Part shown: piece by piece, positions 13,101 through 26,693 of the stretch
How the letters are laid out: each line of letters starts with the position of its first letter
How positions within the stretch are numbered: position 1 is the stretch's first letter
DNA from: Pristiophorus japonicus
Lineage: Eukaryota
Length of the DNA stretch: 64,000 nucleotides
Direction: 5' to 3'
Assembly (NCBI RefSeq): GCF_044704955.1
Contig: NW_027254368.1
Coordinates: 372,001-436,000 of the forward strand
Notes under the pieces: model-generated
Database searches by the model: none
What the model saw: the letters and a program-made list of their open reading frames with translations, nothing else
Told to the model about the DNA's origin: nothing
Position numbers and translations under genes: made by a program

Positions 13101-13470
13101 AGGTTCCCATCCCCCTGCCAAGCTAGTTTAAACCCTCCCCAACAGCACTAGCAAACCCACCCGCAAGGATATTGGTCCTTGCTATGTTGAGGTGCAACCC
13201 GTCCGGCTTGTACAGGTCCCGCCTCCCCCAGAAGCAGTCCCAATGCCTCAGGAAGCTAAAGCCCTCCCGCCTGCACCATCTCTCCAGCCATCTGTACTCA
13301 CTAGCTCGTGGCACCGGGAGTAATCCAGAGATTACTACCTTTTGAGGTCCTGCTTTTTAATTTCTCTCCTAGCTCCCTAAACTCTGCCTGCAGGACTTCA
13401 TCCCTCTTCCTACCCATGTCATTGGTACCGATGTGAACCATAACCTCTGGCTGTTCAACTCTCCCCCCAG
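10198..13470 (-). mobile_element. CR1 LINE (ORF1 esterase end, APE endonuclease, RT), frameshifted
   Basis: VHIGTNDM and DGLHLN (SGNH esterase), CLNARSI and VYRPPN..GDINF..SDH (APE), and RT ORF 10834-11700. Confidence 0.93.
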
Positions 13471-14040
13471 AGTGTAGAGAGAGCTTTACTCTCCACATAA
13501 CCCGTGCTGTACCTGTCTTGTGAGTGATTGATGGGACACTTCAGAGGGAGCTTTGCTCTGTAGCTAACCCATGCTCTACCTGCCCTGTGAGCTTTGATGG
13601 GTTGGTGTAGGGGAAGCTTTCCTCTATATCTAACCCATGCTCTACCTGCCCTCGTTGTGTCTGATAGGACAGTGTCGAGGGAGGTTTATTCTGTATCTAA
13701 TCCATGCTGTAGCTGCCCTGGGAGTGTTTGATGGGACAGTGTAGAGGGAGGTTTACTCTATCTAATCTATGCTGAAACTGCCCTGCAAGTGTTTGATGGG
13801 ACAGTGTAGACGGAGCTTTATTCTGTTTCTGACCCGTGCTGTACCTGCTATAGCAGTGTTTGAGGGGACAGTTAGAGGGAGCTTTAATCGGTACCTAACC
13901 CATGCTGTACCTGCCCTGAGAGTATTTGATGGGACAATGTAGAGGGAGCTTTACTTTGTATCTAACCCGTGTTGTACCTGCTCTGCGAGTGTTTGATGGA
14001 TAATGTAGATGGAGATTTACTCTGTATCTAACCTGTGCTA
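13470..14040. repeat. ~67-bp satellite array
   Basis: Same unit as 9270-10175, ~8 diverged copies. Confidence 0.9.
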
Positions 14041-14047
14041 ACTTAAC

Positions 14048-15015
14048 AAGTTGTGAGGAGGACGCAAAGAATCTACAAAGGGATATAGAGAGGCTAAGTG
14101 AGTGGGCAAAATCTTGGTAGATGGAGTATAATGTGGGAAAATGTGAGGTTATCCACTTTAGTCGGAGAAATAAAACAGCAAATGATTATTTAAATGGGGA
14201 GAGATTACAAAATGCAATAGTACAGAGGGATCTGGGGGTCCTTGTACATTAAACACACAAAGTTAGCATGCAGTTAATAGAAACATAGAAACATAGAAAA
14301 TAGGTGCAGGAGCAGGCCATTCACTGCCGCTGGCTCTCGATCTTAGTTACAGCAATTAATTAGGAACACAAATGGAATGTTGTCCTTTATTGCAAGGGGG
14401 ATGAAGTATAAAAGTAAGAAAGTCCTTCTGCAACTGTACAGGGCATTGGTGAGACTACACCTGGAGTACTACGTACAGTTTGGTCTCCTTATTTAAGGAG
14501 GGGTATACTTGCACTGGAAGCAGTTCAGAGAAGGTTCCCGAGGTTGATGACTGAGATGAAGGGGTTGTCATAAGAAGAAAGGTGAAGCAGGTGGGGCCTG
14601 TACTCTTTGGAGTTTAGAAGACTTCGAGGTGATCTTATTGAAATGTTTAAGATTCTGAGGGGGCTTGACAGGGTTGATGCAGAGAGGATGTTTCCCCTCG
14701 TGGAGGAATCTAGAACTAGGGAGCATAGTTTCAGAATAAGAGGTAGCTCATTTAAAACTGAAATGGAGGAATTTCTTACGTGAGGGACGAGAATCTTTTG
14801 GAATTCTCTACCTCAGAGAGCTGTGGAGGCTGGGTCATTGAATGTATTTAAGGTGCGGATAGACAGATTTTTGAATGATAAGGGAGTCCAGGGTTATGGG
14901 AGCGGGTGGGGAAGTGGAGTTGAGGCCAGGATCAGATCAACCATGATCTTATTGAATGGCGGAGCAGACTCGAGGGGCCAAATGGCCAACTCCTACATCT
15001 ATTTCTTATGTTCTA
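14048..15015 (+). mobile_element. CR1 LINE 3' part
   Basis: Decayed WQMEYNVGKCEV and LEFRR motifs plus 3'UTR; a small minus-strand CR1 tail is inserted at ~14277-14345. Confidence 0.88.
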
Positions 15016-15019
15016 TACC

Positions 15020-15775
15020 TATCCTTGGAGTGTTTGATGGGACAATGAAAAGGGAGCTTTCCTCTATATTTAATCCAGGCTGTACCTGCCCTGGGAGTGT
15101 TTGATGGAACTGTAGAAGGAGATTTACTCTGTATCTAACCAGTACTGTACCTGTCCTGGGAGTGTCTGATGGGACAGTATAGAGGGAGGATTACGCTATC
15201 TAATCCGTGTTGTACCTGCCCTGGTGGGATAGTGTACACAGGGCTTTACTCTGTATCTGACCCATGCTGTACCTGCTCTGGGAGTGTTTGGGGCAGTGTA
15301 GAGGTAGGTTTACTCTGTATCTAACCTGTGCTGTACCTGTCCTGGGAGTGTTTGATGGGACAGTGTAGAAGGAGCCTTGCTCTTATCTAGCATATGCTAT
15401 GCCTGCCCTGGCATTGTTTGATCGGGGAGTATAGAGGGAGCTTTACCCTCTGCCTAACCCATGCAATACCTGCCCTTGGAGTGTCTGTTGGCCGGTGTAA
15501 AGGAAACTTTACTCTGTATCTAACCTGTACTGTACCTCCCCTGGGAGTGTTTGATGGGACAGTATAGAGAAAACTTTACTCTGTATCTAACCTGTACTGT
15601 ACCTCCCCTGGGAGTGTTTGATGGGACAGTGTAAAGGAAACTTTACTCTGTATCTAACCTGCACTGTACCTCCCCTGGGAGTGCTTGATGGGACAGTATA
15701 GAGGGAGCTTTACTTTGTATCTAACCCGTGCTGTGTGGGCCCTTGGAGTATTTGATGGGACAGTGAAGTGGGGCC
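15020..15775. repeat. ~67-bp satellite array
   Basis: Same unit, ~11 copies. Confidence 0.9.
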
Positions 15776-16411
15776 ATTACTGTGTATTAAGACCCAAGGT
15801 TGCAAGCCATCAGGTCCAGGGGACTTTTCCATCTTTAGTCCCATTATTTTACTGAGCCCTTTTTTTGTGATAGTGATTGCTTTAAGTTCCTCCCTCGCTT
15901 TCCCCCCTTGATTATCTATTATTGGGATGTTTGTAGTATCTTCTACCGTGAAGCCTGACACAAATTATTTGTTCAAAGTCTCTGCCATTTCCCTGTTCTC
16001 CATTATTAATTCCCCAGTCTCATTCTCCAAGGGACCAACGTTTACTTTAGCTACCCTATCCTTTTTACATACCTGTAGAAGCTCATACTATCTTTTTTAT
16101 ATTGCTTGCAGGTTTACTCTCATAATCTATCTTCCCTCTCTATTATTTCTTTAGTCATCATTTGCTGTTTTTAAAATATTTGCCAATGCTCCGGCCTCCC
16201 ACTGATCTTGGCCACTTTGTATGACATTGTTTTCAAATTGATACCATCCTTTACTTCCTTCGTTAGCCACGGGTGATTCTCCCTTCGCCTAAAGTCTTTC
16301 CTTCTCACTGAAATATATTTTTGTTGAGTTATGAAATATCTCCTTTATTGTCTGTCACTGCTTCTCAACTGTCTTGCACTTTAATCTATTTTCCCAGTTG
16401 ACTTAAGCCAA

Positions 16412-17316
16412 CTTTTTTTTTTAATACGTTCACGGGATGTGGGCGTCGCTGGCAAGGCCAGCATTTATTGCCCATCCCTAATTGCCCTTGAGAAGATGGT
16501 GGTAAGCCACCTTCATGAACTGCTGCAGTCCGTGTGGTGATGGTAGTGCCACAGTGCTGTTAGGGAGGGAGTTCCAGGAATTTGACCTCGCGACGATGAA
16601 GGAATGGCGATATGCTTTCAAGTCAGGATGGTGTATGACTTGGTGGGGAATGTGGAGGTGGTGGTGTTCCCATGCGCTTGCTGCCCTTGTCCTTCTCGAT
16701 GTTGGAGGTCGCGGGTTTGGGAGGTGATGCTGAAGAAGCCTTGGCGAGTTGCTGCAGTGCATCTTGTAGATGGTACACACTGCAGCCACGGTACGCCGGT
16801 GGTGGAGGGAGTGGGTGTTTAAGGTGGTGGATGGGGTGCCAATCAAGTGGGCTGCTTTGTCCTGGATGGTGTCAAGCTTCTTGAGTGTTGTTGGAGCTGC
16901 ACTCATCCAGGCAAGTGGAGAGTATCCCATCACACTCCTGGCTTGTGCCTTGTAGATGATGGAAAGGCTTTGGGGAGTCAGGAGATGACACACTCACCGC
17001 AGAATACCCAGCCTCTGACCTGCTCTTGTTGCCACAGTATTTATTTGGCAGGTCCAGTTAAGTTTCTGGTCAATGGTGACCCCCAGGATGTTGATGGTAG
17101 GGGATTCGGCGATGGTAATGCCATTGAATGTTAAGGGGCGGTGGTTAGACTCTCACTTGTTGGATATAGTCATTGTCAGGCACTTGAGTGGCGCGAATGT
17201 CACTTGCCCAAGTCTGAATGTTGTCCAGGTCTTGCTGCAAGCGGGCATGGACTGCTCCATTATCTGAGGAGTTGCAAATGGAACTGAATACTGTGCAGTT
17301 ATCAGCGAACATCCCC
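16412..17316 (-). mobile_element. Second CR1/L2-group LINE family (poly(A)-tailed), 3' fragment
   Basis: IYKAQARSVMGYSPLAW..LDTIQDKAA motifs with a poly(T) at the left end; same family as 23075-24770. Confidence 0.85.
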
Positions 17317-19261
17317 AGTTCTGCTTTCATACCTTTATAGTCGCCTTTATTTAGAATCAGGGCACTGGTTTGAGGTCTGACTTTCTCACCCTCCAACTGA
17401 ATTTGAAATTCAACCATGTTATGTTCACTTTTTCTGAGAGGATCTTTTACGATGAGATAATTTATTAATCTTGTCTCATTACACAGTACCAGATCTAAGA
17501 TAGCCTGCTCCCTGATTGGTTTCTTCAACTTACTCTTCAAGGAAACCATCCCGGATACACTCTTATAAACTCTTCCTCAAGTCGACCTTGGCCAACTTGA
17601 TTTGTCTAATCAACATGAAGATTAAAGTCGCTCATGATTATTGCCGTACCTTTCTTACAAGCCTCCATTATTTCTTGATTTATACTCCGTCCAACAGTGT
17701 AGCTACTGTTAGGGGGCCTATGGACTACGCCCACCAGTGACTTCTTCCCCTTATTATTTCTTATCTCCACTCAAACTGATTCTGCATCTTGATCTTCTGA
17801 GCCAATATCATTTCTCACTACTGCACTGATCTCATCCTTTATTGACAGAACTACCTCACCTTTTCCTTTCTGTCTATCCTTCTGAATTGTTAAATACCCC
17901 TGAATATTCAGTTCCCAGCCTTGGTCACCTTGCAACCACGTTTCTGTAATGGCTGTCAGATCATACCCACTTGTATCTATTTGTGTTGTCAACTCATCTA
18001 TCTTGTTACAAATGTTGCATGCATTCAGATAAAGAGCTTTAAATTTTGTCTTTTTACCATTTTCCCCTGCTTTGACCCTACTTTCTGTTGCACTCTTATT
18101 TTATACATTCTGTCCCTTCCTGTCACAGTCTGGTTATCATTTCCCCCACTGCTACCCTGCTCTATTGCCTTCTCCTTGCTCTTTGACTTTTCAAATTTCT
18201 GCTAGCCTGAACCCTCTTTCCCCCCCCACCCCCCCAGTACTGGTGCCAGTGCCCCATGAACCGAAACCCATTTCTCCCACACCAGTCTTTGAGCCATGTG
18301 TCCATCTCTCTGATCTTATTTACCCGATGCAAATTTGCTTGTGGCTCGGTTAGTAATCCAGAGATTATTGCCTTTGTGGTTCTGCTTTTTAATTTAGCCC
18401 CTAGCTGCTCAAAATCCCTCGGCAGAACCTCTTTCTTTGTTCTGTCTATGTCATTGGTCCCTACGCGGACCACGACAACTGGATCTCCCCCCTCCCACTC
18501 TCCAGCCCGGAGGAGATGTCCTTAACCTTGGCACCGGGCAGGCAACACAACCTTCGGGACTCCCGCTCTCGGCTGCAGAGAACAGTATCTATCCCCCTAA
18601 CTATACTCTTTCCTACCACTACAGCATTTATTTTTACTCCCCCCATTGAATGGCCTCCTGTACCACGGCGCTGTGGTCAGTTTGCTCATCCTCCCTGCAG
18701 TCCCAGCCCTCGTCCAAACAGGGAACAAGAATCTCGTACCTGTTGGACAATTGCAAGGGCTGAGGCTCCTCCATCACTACCTCCTGGGTCCCCACAGCTG
18801 CCTCGCTCATAGTCACACCCTCCTGTCCCTGACCACGGACCAAATTTGAATTAATTAATCTAAGGGGTGTGACAGCCTCCTGGAACACAGTGTCCAGGTA
18901 AGTCTCCCCCTCCCTGATGTGTCGCAGTGTCTGCAGCTCGGACTCCAGCTCATCAACGCGGAGCCGAAGTTCCTCGAGCAGCCAACACTTACTGCAGATG
19001 TGATCGCTGTGGACCTCAATGCGGTCAACCAGCTCCCACATGTAGCAGCAGTAACACACATCGCCTGCCCTGCCATCTCGAATGGATTTAATTAAGTTTT
19101 CACGTTTTGAAAGTTTAGATTTTTAATCCCAGCTCTTAATTTAAACCAATGCCCAAGAAAAGAGAGAAAAACTGACCAACCAATCACTTCCCTGCTTTCC
19201 TGTGACATCACACTTTGAATCTTTTTACTTCTTACCCTCCCAGGTCACTTGGTGCTGTTTC

Positions 19262-19470
19262 GGCTGTCTGCTCGGCTGACTCACGCCCTTTGTAGGCTTA
19301 CCGCTGCTCCCACTCTGCCCTTTCCGAAGTCCCACTGCTCGGCTGACTCACGCCCTTTGTAGGCTTACCGCTGCTCCCACTCTGTGCCCTTTCCGAAGTC
19401 CCACTGCTCGGCTGACTCACGCGCTTTGTAGGCTTACCGCTGCTCCCACTCTCGGGGCCCTTTCCGAAGG
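19262..19470. repeat. 67-69-bp tandem monomers (x3) at the CR1 5' end
   Basis: ctcggctgactcacgccctttgtaggcttaccgctgctcccactc repeated at 19271, 19338 and 19407. Confidence 0.85.
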
Positions 19471-19484
19471 GATGGACGCAAGTA

Positions 19485-20110
19485 GGTTTTCCCCCTCGTG
19501 TTGGTTCTCTCACCACCTGCTGCAGGCTCAGTCTGGCAGCTATGTCCTTCAGGACTCGGCCAGCTCGGTCAGTAGTGGTGCTGCCGAGCCAGTCTTGATG
19601 GACATTGAAGTCCCCCACCCAGAGTACATTCTGTGCACCTTGCTACTCTCAGTGCTTCTTCCAAGTGGTGTTCAACATGGAGGAGTACTGATTCATCAGC
19701 TGAGGGAGGGCGGTGGGTGGTAATCAGCAGGAGGTTTCCTTGCCCATGCTTGACCTCGAGCCACGAGACTTCATGGGGTCCGGAGTCAATGTTGAGGAGT
19801 CCCAGGGCCACACCCTCCCGACTGTATACTACTGTGCTGCCACCCCTGGTGGGTCTGTCCTGACGGTGGGACAGGACATACCCAGGGATGGTAATGGAGG
19901 AGTCTGGGACATTGGCTGAAAGGTATGATTCTGTGAGTGTGACGATGTCAAGCTGTTGCTTGACTAGTCTGGGACATCTCTCCCAATTTTGGCATAAGTC
20001 CCCAGATGTTGGTGGGAAAGACTGGGCTGGGTGTGCCGTTGTCGTGTCCGTAACCGGGGCGGAGGTCGATGCCGGGTGGTCCGTCCGGTTTTATCCTTAT
20101 TATTGATTTT
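19485..20110 (-). mobile_element. APE-domain fragment of the second LINE family
   Basis: HEVSW..LITTHRPP, GDFNVH and VVREPTRG motifs. Confidence 0.8.
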
Positions 20111-20569
20111 CGTAGCGGTGGATCAATTGATGAATCAGTATGGTCTTGAATGGCGGAGCAGGGTCGAGGAGCCAAATGGCCTACTCCTGCTTCAAATTCT
20201 TATGTGTTTATATCTTCGCCCAGAGCATTTCTCTATATTAAGAGCAATGGTTCCAACACTGACCCTGGGGACACCACTGTTTACATCCCTCCAGTCTGAA
20301 GAACATCCATTAACCATTATTCTCTGTTTTCTGGCCTTTACCCAACTACCTCTCCACGCGGCCTCACTCCCTTTAATACCGTGAGCCTTAATTTGATCAA
20401 CAAGCCTCCTGTCCGGCACCTTATCAAACACCTTTTGACAATCCATCTACACAACATCCCCTGCATTTCCTTTCTCACTGCACTGTGTTATTTCCTGCAA
20501 TAATCCCTGCTGTCTGTCCTCAATCAACCCATTTCACTACCAAATGTTGCAACGTTTACTTCTGTAGCC

Positions 20570-20935
20570 AGAATCCCCCGCGCAGGGGTAAAGTGCTCTA
20601 TCAATGACAACAGGAGCCCAGACGTGGGACCGGGCTGTGCTCTGAGCAGGCGCAGTGCCAGTGGTGAAGGTGGTCTGAGGCGGAAGAGACGTTCCGCGGG
20701 TCGGTAGGAGCTTGTGGGCTCAGCGGAGGAATTGGACCCCTGGGTGGGCTGGGCAGCTTCATAAACACCTGGTGTAGGCCTCAGGCCCCGAATACGAGCC
20801 CGCAGGCCCCATGTTTGACCCGCGGTGATAGACCCGACCGCTCGGGGTAACTAGCCGAATTCTTGGACAGGATCAGGGTGCCTGCGCGGCTATCTTGCTA
20901 CAGGAGCAGAGGGTGGGCGGGGCTTTAGGGTCCCA
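20570..20935 (+). promoter_or_regulatory. CpG-island promoter of the downstream ZNF locus
   Basis: CpG-rich stretch with a GC box (gggcgggg ~20915), upstream of the ZNF acceptor region. Confidence 0.6.
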
Positions 20936-21228
20936 GTGACCAGAAGAGAAAATCATTCCTCATTTATTCTCAGTCTGCACACTAGGGATGTAGAACTGAA
21001 CTCAACCAGAGAAGAGGGAGTGAGAAAACAGCAGATGGAAGAAAGAAATGATGGAGATGGTGCGATGACTTTGGATTTCAGCACCGGGAGGAGGGAGAGT
21101 GTGTGGGACGGGAATTTACAGCTTTGGGGGAACAAGAGAGGAAAGAATGTTCCGTAGAAACTAGGATTGTCTGTCCTCCATTTCTATCCTGCACTTCCAG
21201 TGCTGACTTTTGTAAACTCCTTCTCTAG

Positions 21229-22173
21229 GATATTAGAAAAGGAGGATTTGCAGACGGGAAACTCCAACCAATCATATCGAGATCTGACAGAGTCACTCGA
21301 TTCACCTGTATATCATCGGCCTTTGAATGTGGAAGGAGAAACATTTGTCTGTTCTGTCTGTGGGAAAAGATTTTCAACATTAGTGTGACTGGTAAAGCAC
21401 CGAGACACACACACCCGAGTGAGAGTGTTCCAGTGCACTGACTGTGGAAAGAGCTTTAACCAGTTACACAGCCTGAAAAAACATCGCACTATTCACAGCG
21501 GGGAGAAACCGTACACGTGCTCTGTGTGTGGTTGAGGCTTCAACTGATCATCCAACCTGGAGAGACACAAGGACACACACACCATGGAGAAACCGTGGAA
21601 ATGTGGGGATTGTGGGAAGGATTCAATTGTCCCTCTGAGCTGGAAACTCATCGCTGCAGTCACAACGGAGAGAGGCTGTTCACCTGCCTCGTGTGTGGGA
21701 AAGGATTCACTTATTCATCCAGCCTGCTGGTAAATGAGCGAATTCACATTGGGGAGAGGCCGTCCACCTGCCCCGTGTGTGAGAAGGGCTTCACTCAGTC
21801 ATCCAACCTGCGGACACACCAACTCACTCACACTGGGGAGAGGCCATTCATCTATTCCGAGTGTAGGAAGGGATTCACTTGTTTATCCAACCTGCTGAGA
21901 CACCAACGCATTCACACTGGGGAGAGGCCGTTCATCTGCTCTGAATGTGGGAAGGGTTTCACTCGATCAACCCATCTGCTGACACACCAGCGAATTCACA
22001 CTGGGGAGAGGCCGTTCACCTGCTCCGTGTGTGGGAAGGGATTCACTCAATTATCCATCCTGCTGATACACCAACGCATTCACACTGGGGAGAGGGCATT
22101 CACCTGCTCTGAGTGTGGGAAGGGGTTCACTCAGTCATCCAACCTGCTGAGACACCAGCGACTTCACAAATGA
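21229..22173 (+). pseudogene. C2H2 zinc-finger gene, probably pseudogenised (7 fingers plus degenerate leader fingers)
   Basis: Acceptor ttctctag|G at 21228/9. The ATG at 21584 ([12 protein letters not shown]) is out of frame with the TGERPF array owing to a 1-nt deletion near 21618. Fingers 2 and 4 have lost zinc ligands. Ends HQRLHK-stop. Confidence 0.8.
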
Positions 22174-22312
22174 CTGCGGGGGTTGGACTCTGCTGTTATT
22201 GTTGCCGTTAATCACATCCAAGTCTGAACCATGTTCACTCGGACAGTTGGGGTTTGTTGCCGTTGGTGTAATTAATCCCTATAACTGGGCTGGAGTTTAA
22301 TTTTCTGGATAT

Positions 22313-22790
22313 CATAGAATGGTTACAGCACAGAAGGAGGCCTTTCGGACCGTCGAGCCCTTGCCAGCTCTCTGCAAGAGCACTTCAGCTAGTCCCACTC
22401 CCTGCCCTTTCCCCGTAGCCCTGCACATGCTTTATTTCCGGTACTTATCCAATTCACTTTTTGAAAGCCACGATTGAATCTGCCTCCACCAGCCTTTCAG
22501 GCTGTGCATTTCAGATCCTAACCACTCACTGCGTAAAAAAAAAATATTTTCTCATGTCGCCTTTGGTTCTTTTGCCGATCACCTTGAATCTGTGTCCTCT
22601 GGTTCTCCACCCTTCCGCCAATGGGAATATTTTCTCTCTACTCTGTCCAGACCCCTCATGATTTTATCAAATCTCCTCTCAACCTTCTCTGTTCTAAGAA
22701 CAACCACCCCAGCTTCACCAGTCTATCCATGTAACTGAAGTCCCTCATCCCTGGAATCATTCTTGTAAATCTTTTCTGCATCCTCTGTCA
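22313..22790 (-). mobile_element. CR1 3' end fragment
   Basis: Reverse complement of RTRGHRFKV plus 3'UTR, with an atcatagaat tail. Confidence 0.75.
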
Positions 22791-23074
22791 AATAACTGTC
22801 AAATAAATCAGCTGTGTTTCCTACATACAGTGAGTCGATTCCTTGATTTTTCCATGGGGGAGACTAATTGATGCCCTGTTACCGATTGTTTCAGTTTTGA
22901 ACCTTTTTTCTGTTGTTAAAGGAAGACTTGTATTTATAAAATGTTTTTCATGGCCTCTGTTTTAGTGATGTTGATTGAGGGATAAATGTTAGCCAGGACA
23001 CCAGACATCTCTCTTCTTCGAAATAACGTCATGGAATCTTTTACGCCCACTTGAGAGGTCAGATGGTTCTGATT

Positions 23075-24770
23075 CTTTTTTTATTCGTTCACAGGATGTG
23101 GGCATCGCTGGTAAGGCCAGCATTTATTGCCCATCCATAATTGCCCTTGAGAAGATGATGGAGAGCCACCTACTTGAACTGCTGCAGTCCATCTGGTGAT
23201 GGTACTCCCATAGTACTGTTGGGGAGGAAGTTCCAGGATTTTGACCCAGCGATAATGAAAGAACGGCGATATGCTTCCAGATCAGGATGGTGTGTGACTT
23301 GGAGGGGAACGTGGAGGTGGTGGTGTTCCCATGCGCCTGCTGCCCTTGTCCTTCTTGGTGGTACAGGTCGTGGGTTTGGGAGGTGCTGCCGAAGAAGCCT
23401 TGGCGAGTTGCTGCAGTGCATCTTGTACCTGGTAAACACTGCAGCCACGGTACGTCAATGATGGAGGGAGTGAATGTTTAAGATGGTGGATGGGGTGCCA
23501 ATCAAGCAGGCTGCTTTGTCCTGGATGGTGTCGAGCTTCTTGAGTGTTGTCACAGTTGCACCCATCCAGGCAAGTGGAGAGTATTCCATCACACTCCTGA
23601 CTTGTGCCTTGTAGATGGTGGAAAGGCTTTGGCGAGTCAGGAGGTGAGACACTCGCCGTAGAATACCCAGCCTCTGACCTGCTCTTGTTGCCACAGTATT
23701 TATGTGGCTGGTCCAGTTAAGTTTCTGGTCAATGGTAACCCCGAGGATGTTGATGGTAGGAGATTCGGCGATGGTAATGCCATTGAATGTTATGGGACAG
23801 TGGTTAGACTCTCGCTTGTTGGAGATAGTCATTGCCTGGCACTTTTGTTCGTGAATGTTACTTGCCACTTATCAACCCAAGCCTGAATGTTGCCCAGGTC
23901 TTGCTGTATACTGGCATGAACTGCTCCATTATTTAAGTTGTGAATGGAACTGAACACTCTGCAGTCATCAGCAAACATCCACACTTCTGACCTTATGAAG
24001 AAAGGAAGGTCATTGATGAAGCAACTGAAGATGGTTGGGCCTAGGACACTGCCCTGAGGAGCTCTTGCAGCGATATCCTGGGGCTGTGATGATTGGCCTC
24101 CAACCACCACAACCACCTTCCTTTGTGCTAGGTATGATTCCAGCCAGTGGAGAGTTTTCCCCCTGATTCCCATTGACTTCAGTTTTACTAGGGATCCTAG
24201 ATGCCACACTCGGTCAAATGCTGCCTTGATGTCGAGGGTAGTCACTCTCACCTCACCTCTGGAATTCAGCTCTTTTGTCCATGTTTGGACCAAGGCTGTG
24301 ATGACGTCTGGAGCTAAGTGGTCCTGGGGGAACCCAAACTGGGTATCGGTGAGCAGGTTATTGGTGAGTAAGTGCAGCTTGATAGCACTGTTGACGAAAC
24401 CTTCCATCACTTTGCTGATGATTGAGAGTAGACTGATGGGGCGGTAATTGGCCGGATTGGATTTATCCTGCTTTTTGTGGACAGGACATACCTGGGCAGA
24501 TTTCCACATCGTCTGATAGATGCCAGTGTTGTAGCTGTACTGGAACAGCTTGGCTAGAGGCGCAGCTAGTTCTGGAGCACAAGTCTTCAGCACAACAGCC
24601 AGTATGTTGTCAGAGCCCATAGCCGTTGCTGTATCCAATGCATTCAGCCGTTGCTTGACATCACGTGGAGTGAATCGAATTGGCTGAAGACTGGCTTCCT
24701 TAGGAGGCGGCTGATATTGATCATCCTCTTGGCATTTCTGGCTGAAGATGATTGTAAACACTTCAGCCTT
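23075..24770 (-). mobile_element. Second LINE family, RT region to poly(A)
   Basis: ORF 23829-24761 with NYRPISLL, LDIKAAFDRVWH, PQGSVLGP and FADD. Confidence 0.9.
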
Positions 24771-24771
24771 T

Positions 24772-25880
24772 TCATCTCACAAGATCAAGATGTAGAATCA
24801 GTTTGTGTGGTGATAAGAAATAATAAGGGAAAGAAATCACTGGTGGGAGCAGTCTATAGGCCCTCTAACAGTAGCTACACTACAGGACAGCATATAAATC
24901 AAATTATTTTAATTTTGATTGGACAAATCAAATTGGCAAAGGTAGCCTTAAGGAAGAGTTCATGGAGTGTATTCGGGATGTTTTCTTAGAACAATAGGAT
25001 GTGGAACCAACCAGGGAGCAGACTATTTTAGATCTGGTAATATGTAATGTGACTGGATTAATTAATGATCTCATAGTAAAGGATCCGCTTGGGAAGAGTG
25101 ATCATAACATGGTATAATTTCAAATTCGGTTTGAGACTGAGAAACTTGGATCTCGTACTAGCACCCTGAACTTAAATAAAGGCAATTACAAAGGAAGGGT
25201 AAGATGGTAGCTAAGCAGTGGCAGACATTTAAGGAGATATTTTATAACTCTCAGCAAAGATATATTCCAGTGAGAAAGAAAGACTGAAGAAGGATGAACC
25301 AGCCATGGCTAACTAAGAAGTAAAGGATGGTGTCAAATTGAAAACAAAAGCATACAATGTTGCAAAGATTAGCGGAAGGCCAAAAGATTAGGAACAACTA
25401 AAAAAAGAAAAAAGGGAAAGGAGATAGATTGAGAGTATACTTGCAAGAAATATAAAAAGAGACAGTTAGAGATTCTACAGGTATATAAAAAGGAAGAGAG
25501 CAGCTAAGTTGGTCCCTTAGAGGATGAGACTGGGGAATTAATAATGGGAAACCGGGAAATGGCAGAGAATTTGAACAAATATTTTGTATCGGTCTTCACT
25601 GTAGAAGACACTAAAAGCATCCCAATCATGGATAATCAAGGGGCTATCGGGAGGGTGACAAGATGGACAAGTCCCCTGGACCGAATGGCCTGCATCCTAT
25701 GGTATTAAAAGAAGTGGCTATAGAGATAGTGGCTGCATTTGCAAAAATCCCTGGATCCTGGAGAGGTCCCAGTGGATTGGAAAACAGCAAATGTAATTCC
25801 CCTATTTAAGAAAGGAGGGAGACAGAAAGTAGGAAACCATTAGCCTAACATCAGTCACTGGGAAAATGCTAGAGTCCATT
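24772..25880 (+). mobile_element. CR1 internal fragment (decayed)
   Basis: APE and linker motifs (VYRPSN, ILDLV, SPGP) with many stops. Confidence 0.85.
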
Positions 25881-26693
25881 ACATAGAAACATAGAAAATA
25901 GGTGCAGGAGTAGGCCATTCGGCCCTTTGAACCTGCACCACCATTCAATAAGATCATGGCTGATCATTCCCTCTACCCCTTTCCTGCTTTCTCTCCATCC
26001 CCCTTGATCCCTTTAGCCGCAAGGACCATATCTAACTCCCTCTTGAATATATCCAATGAACTGGCATCAACAACTCTCTGCGGTAGGGAATTCCACAGGT
26101 TAACAACTCTGAGTGAAGAAGTTTCTCCTCATCTCAGTCCTAAATGGCCTACCCCTTATCCTAAGACTATGTCCCCTGGTTCTGGACTTCCCCATCATCG
26201 GGAACATTCTTCCTGCATCTAACCTGTCCAGTCCCGTCAGAATCTTATATGTTTCTATGAGATCCCCTCTCATCCTTCTAAACTCCAGTGTATAAAGGCC
26301 CAGTTGATCCAGTCTCTCCTCATATGTCAGTCCAGCCATCCCGGGAATCAGTCTGGTGAATCTTCGCTGCACTCCCTCAATAGCAAGAACGTCGTTCCTC
26401 AGATTAGGAGACCAAAACTGAACACACTGTTCCAGGTGAGGCCTCACCAAGGCCCTGTACAACTGCAATAAGACCTCCCTGCTCCTATACTCAAATCCCC
26501 TAGCGATGACGGCCAACCTTCGCCGCCTGCTGTACCTGCATGCCAACTCTCAATGACTGATGAACCATGACACCAAGATCTCGCTGCACCTCCCCTTTTC
26601 CTAATCTGACGCCATTCAGATAATCTGCCTTTGTGTTTTTGCCCACAAAGTGGATAACCTCACATTTATCCACATTGTACAGCATCTGCCATG
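25881..26693 (-). mobile_element. CR1 3' fragment
   Basis: (catagaaa)n tail and LVRPHLE..VQFWSP motif. Confidence 0.9.

Larger units (their letters stand above)
15785..19470 (-). mobile_element. CR1 LINE 5' portion (5'UTR monomers, ORF1, APE), split by an insertion at 16412-17316
   Basis: ORF1 C-x2-C..C-x2-C finger plus leucine zipper (18634-19075), esterase motifs (VVGKSIVRG, VRVGTNDI) and APE motifs. The sequence joins across the insertion (gccaact|ctgctttcatacc). Confidence 0.88.
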
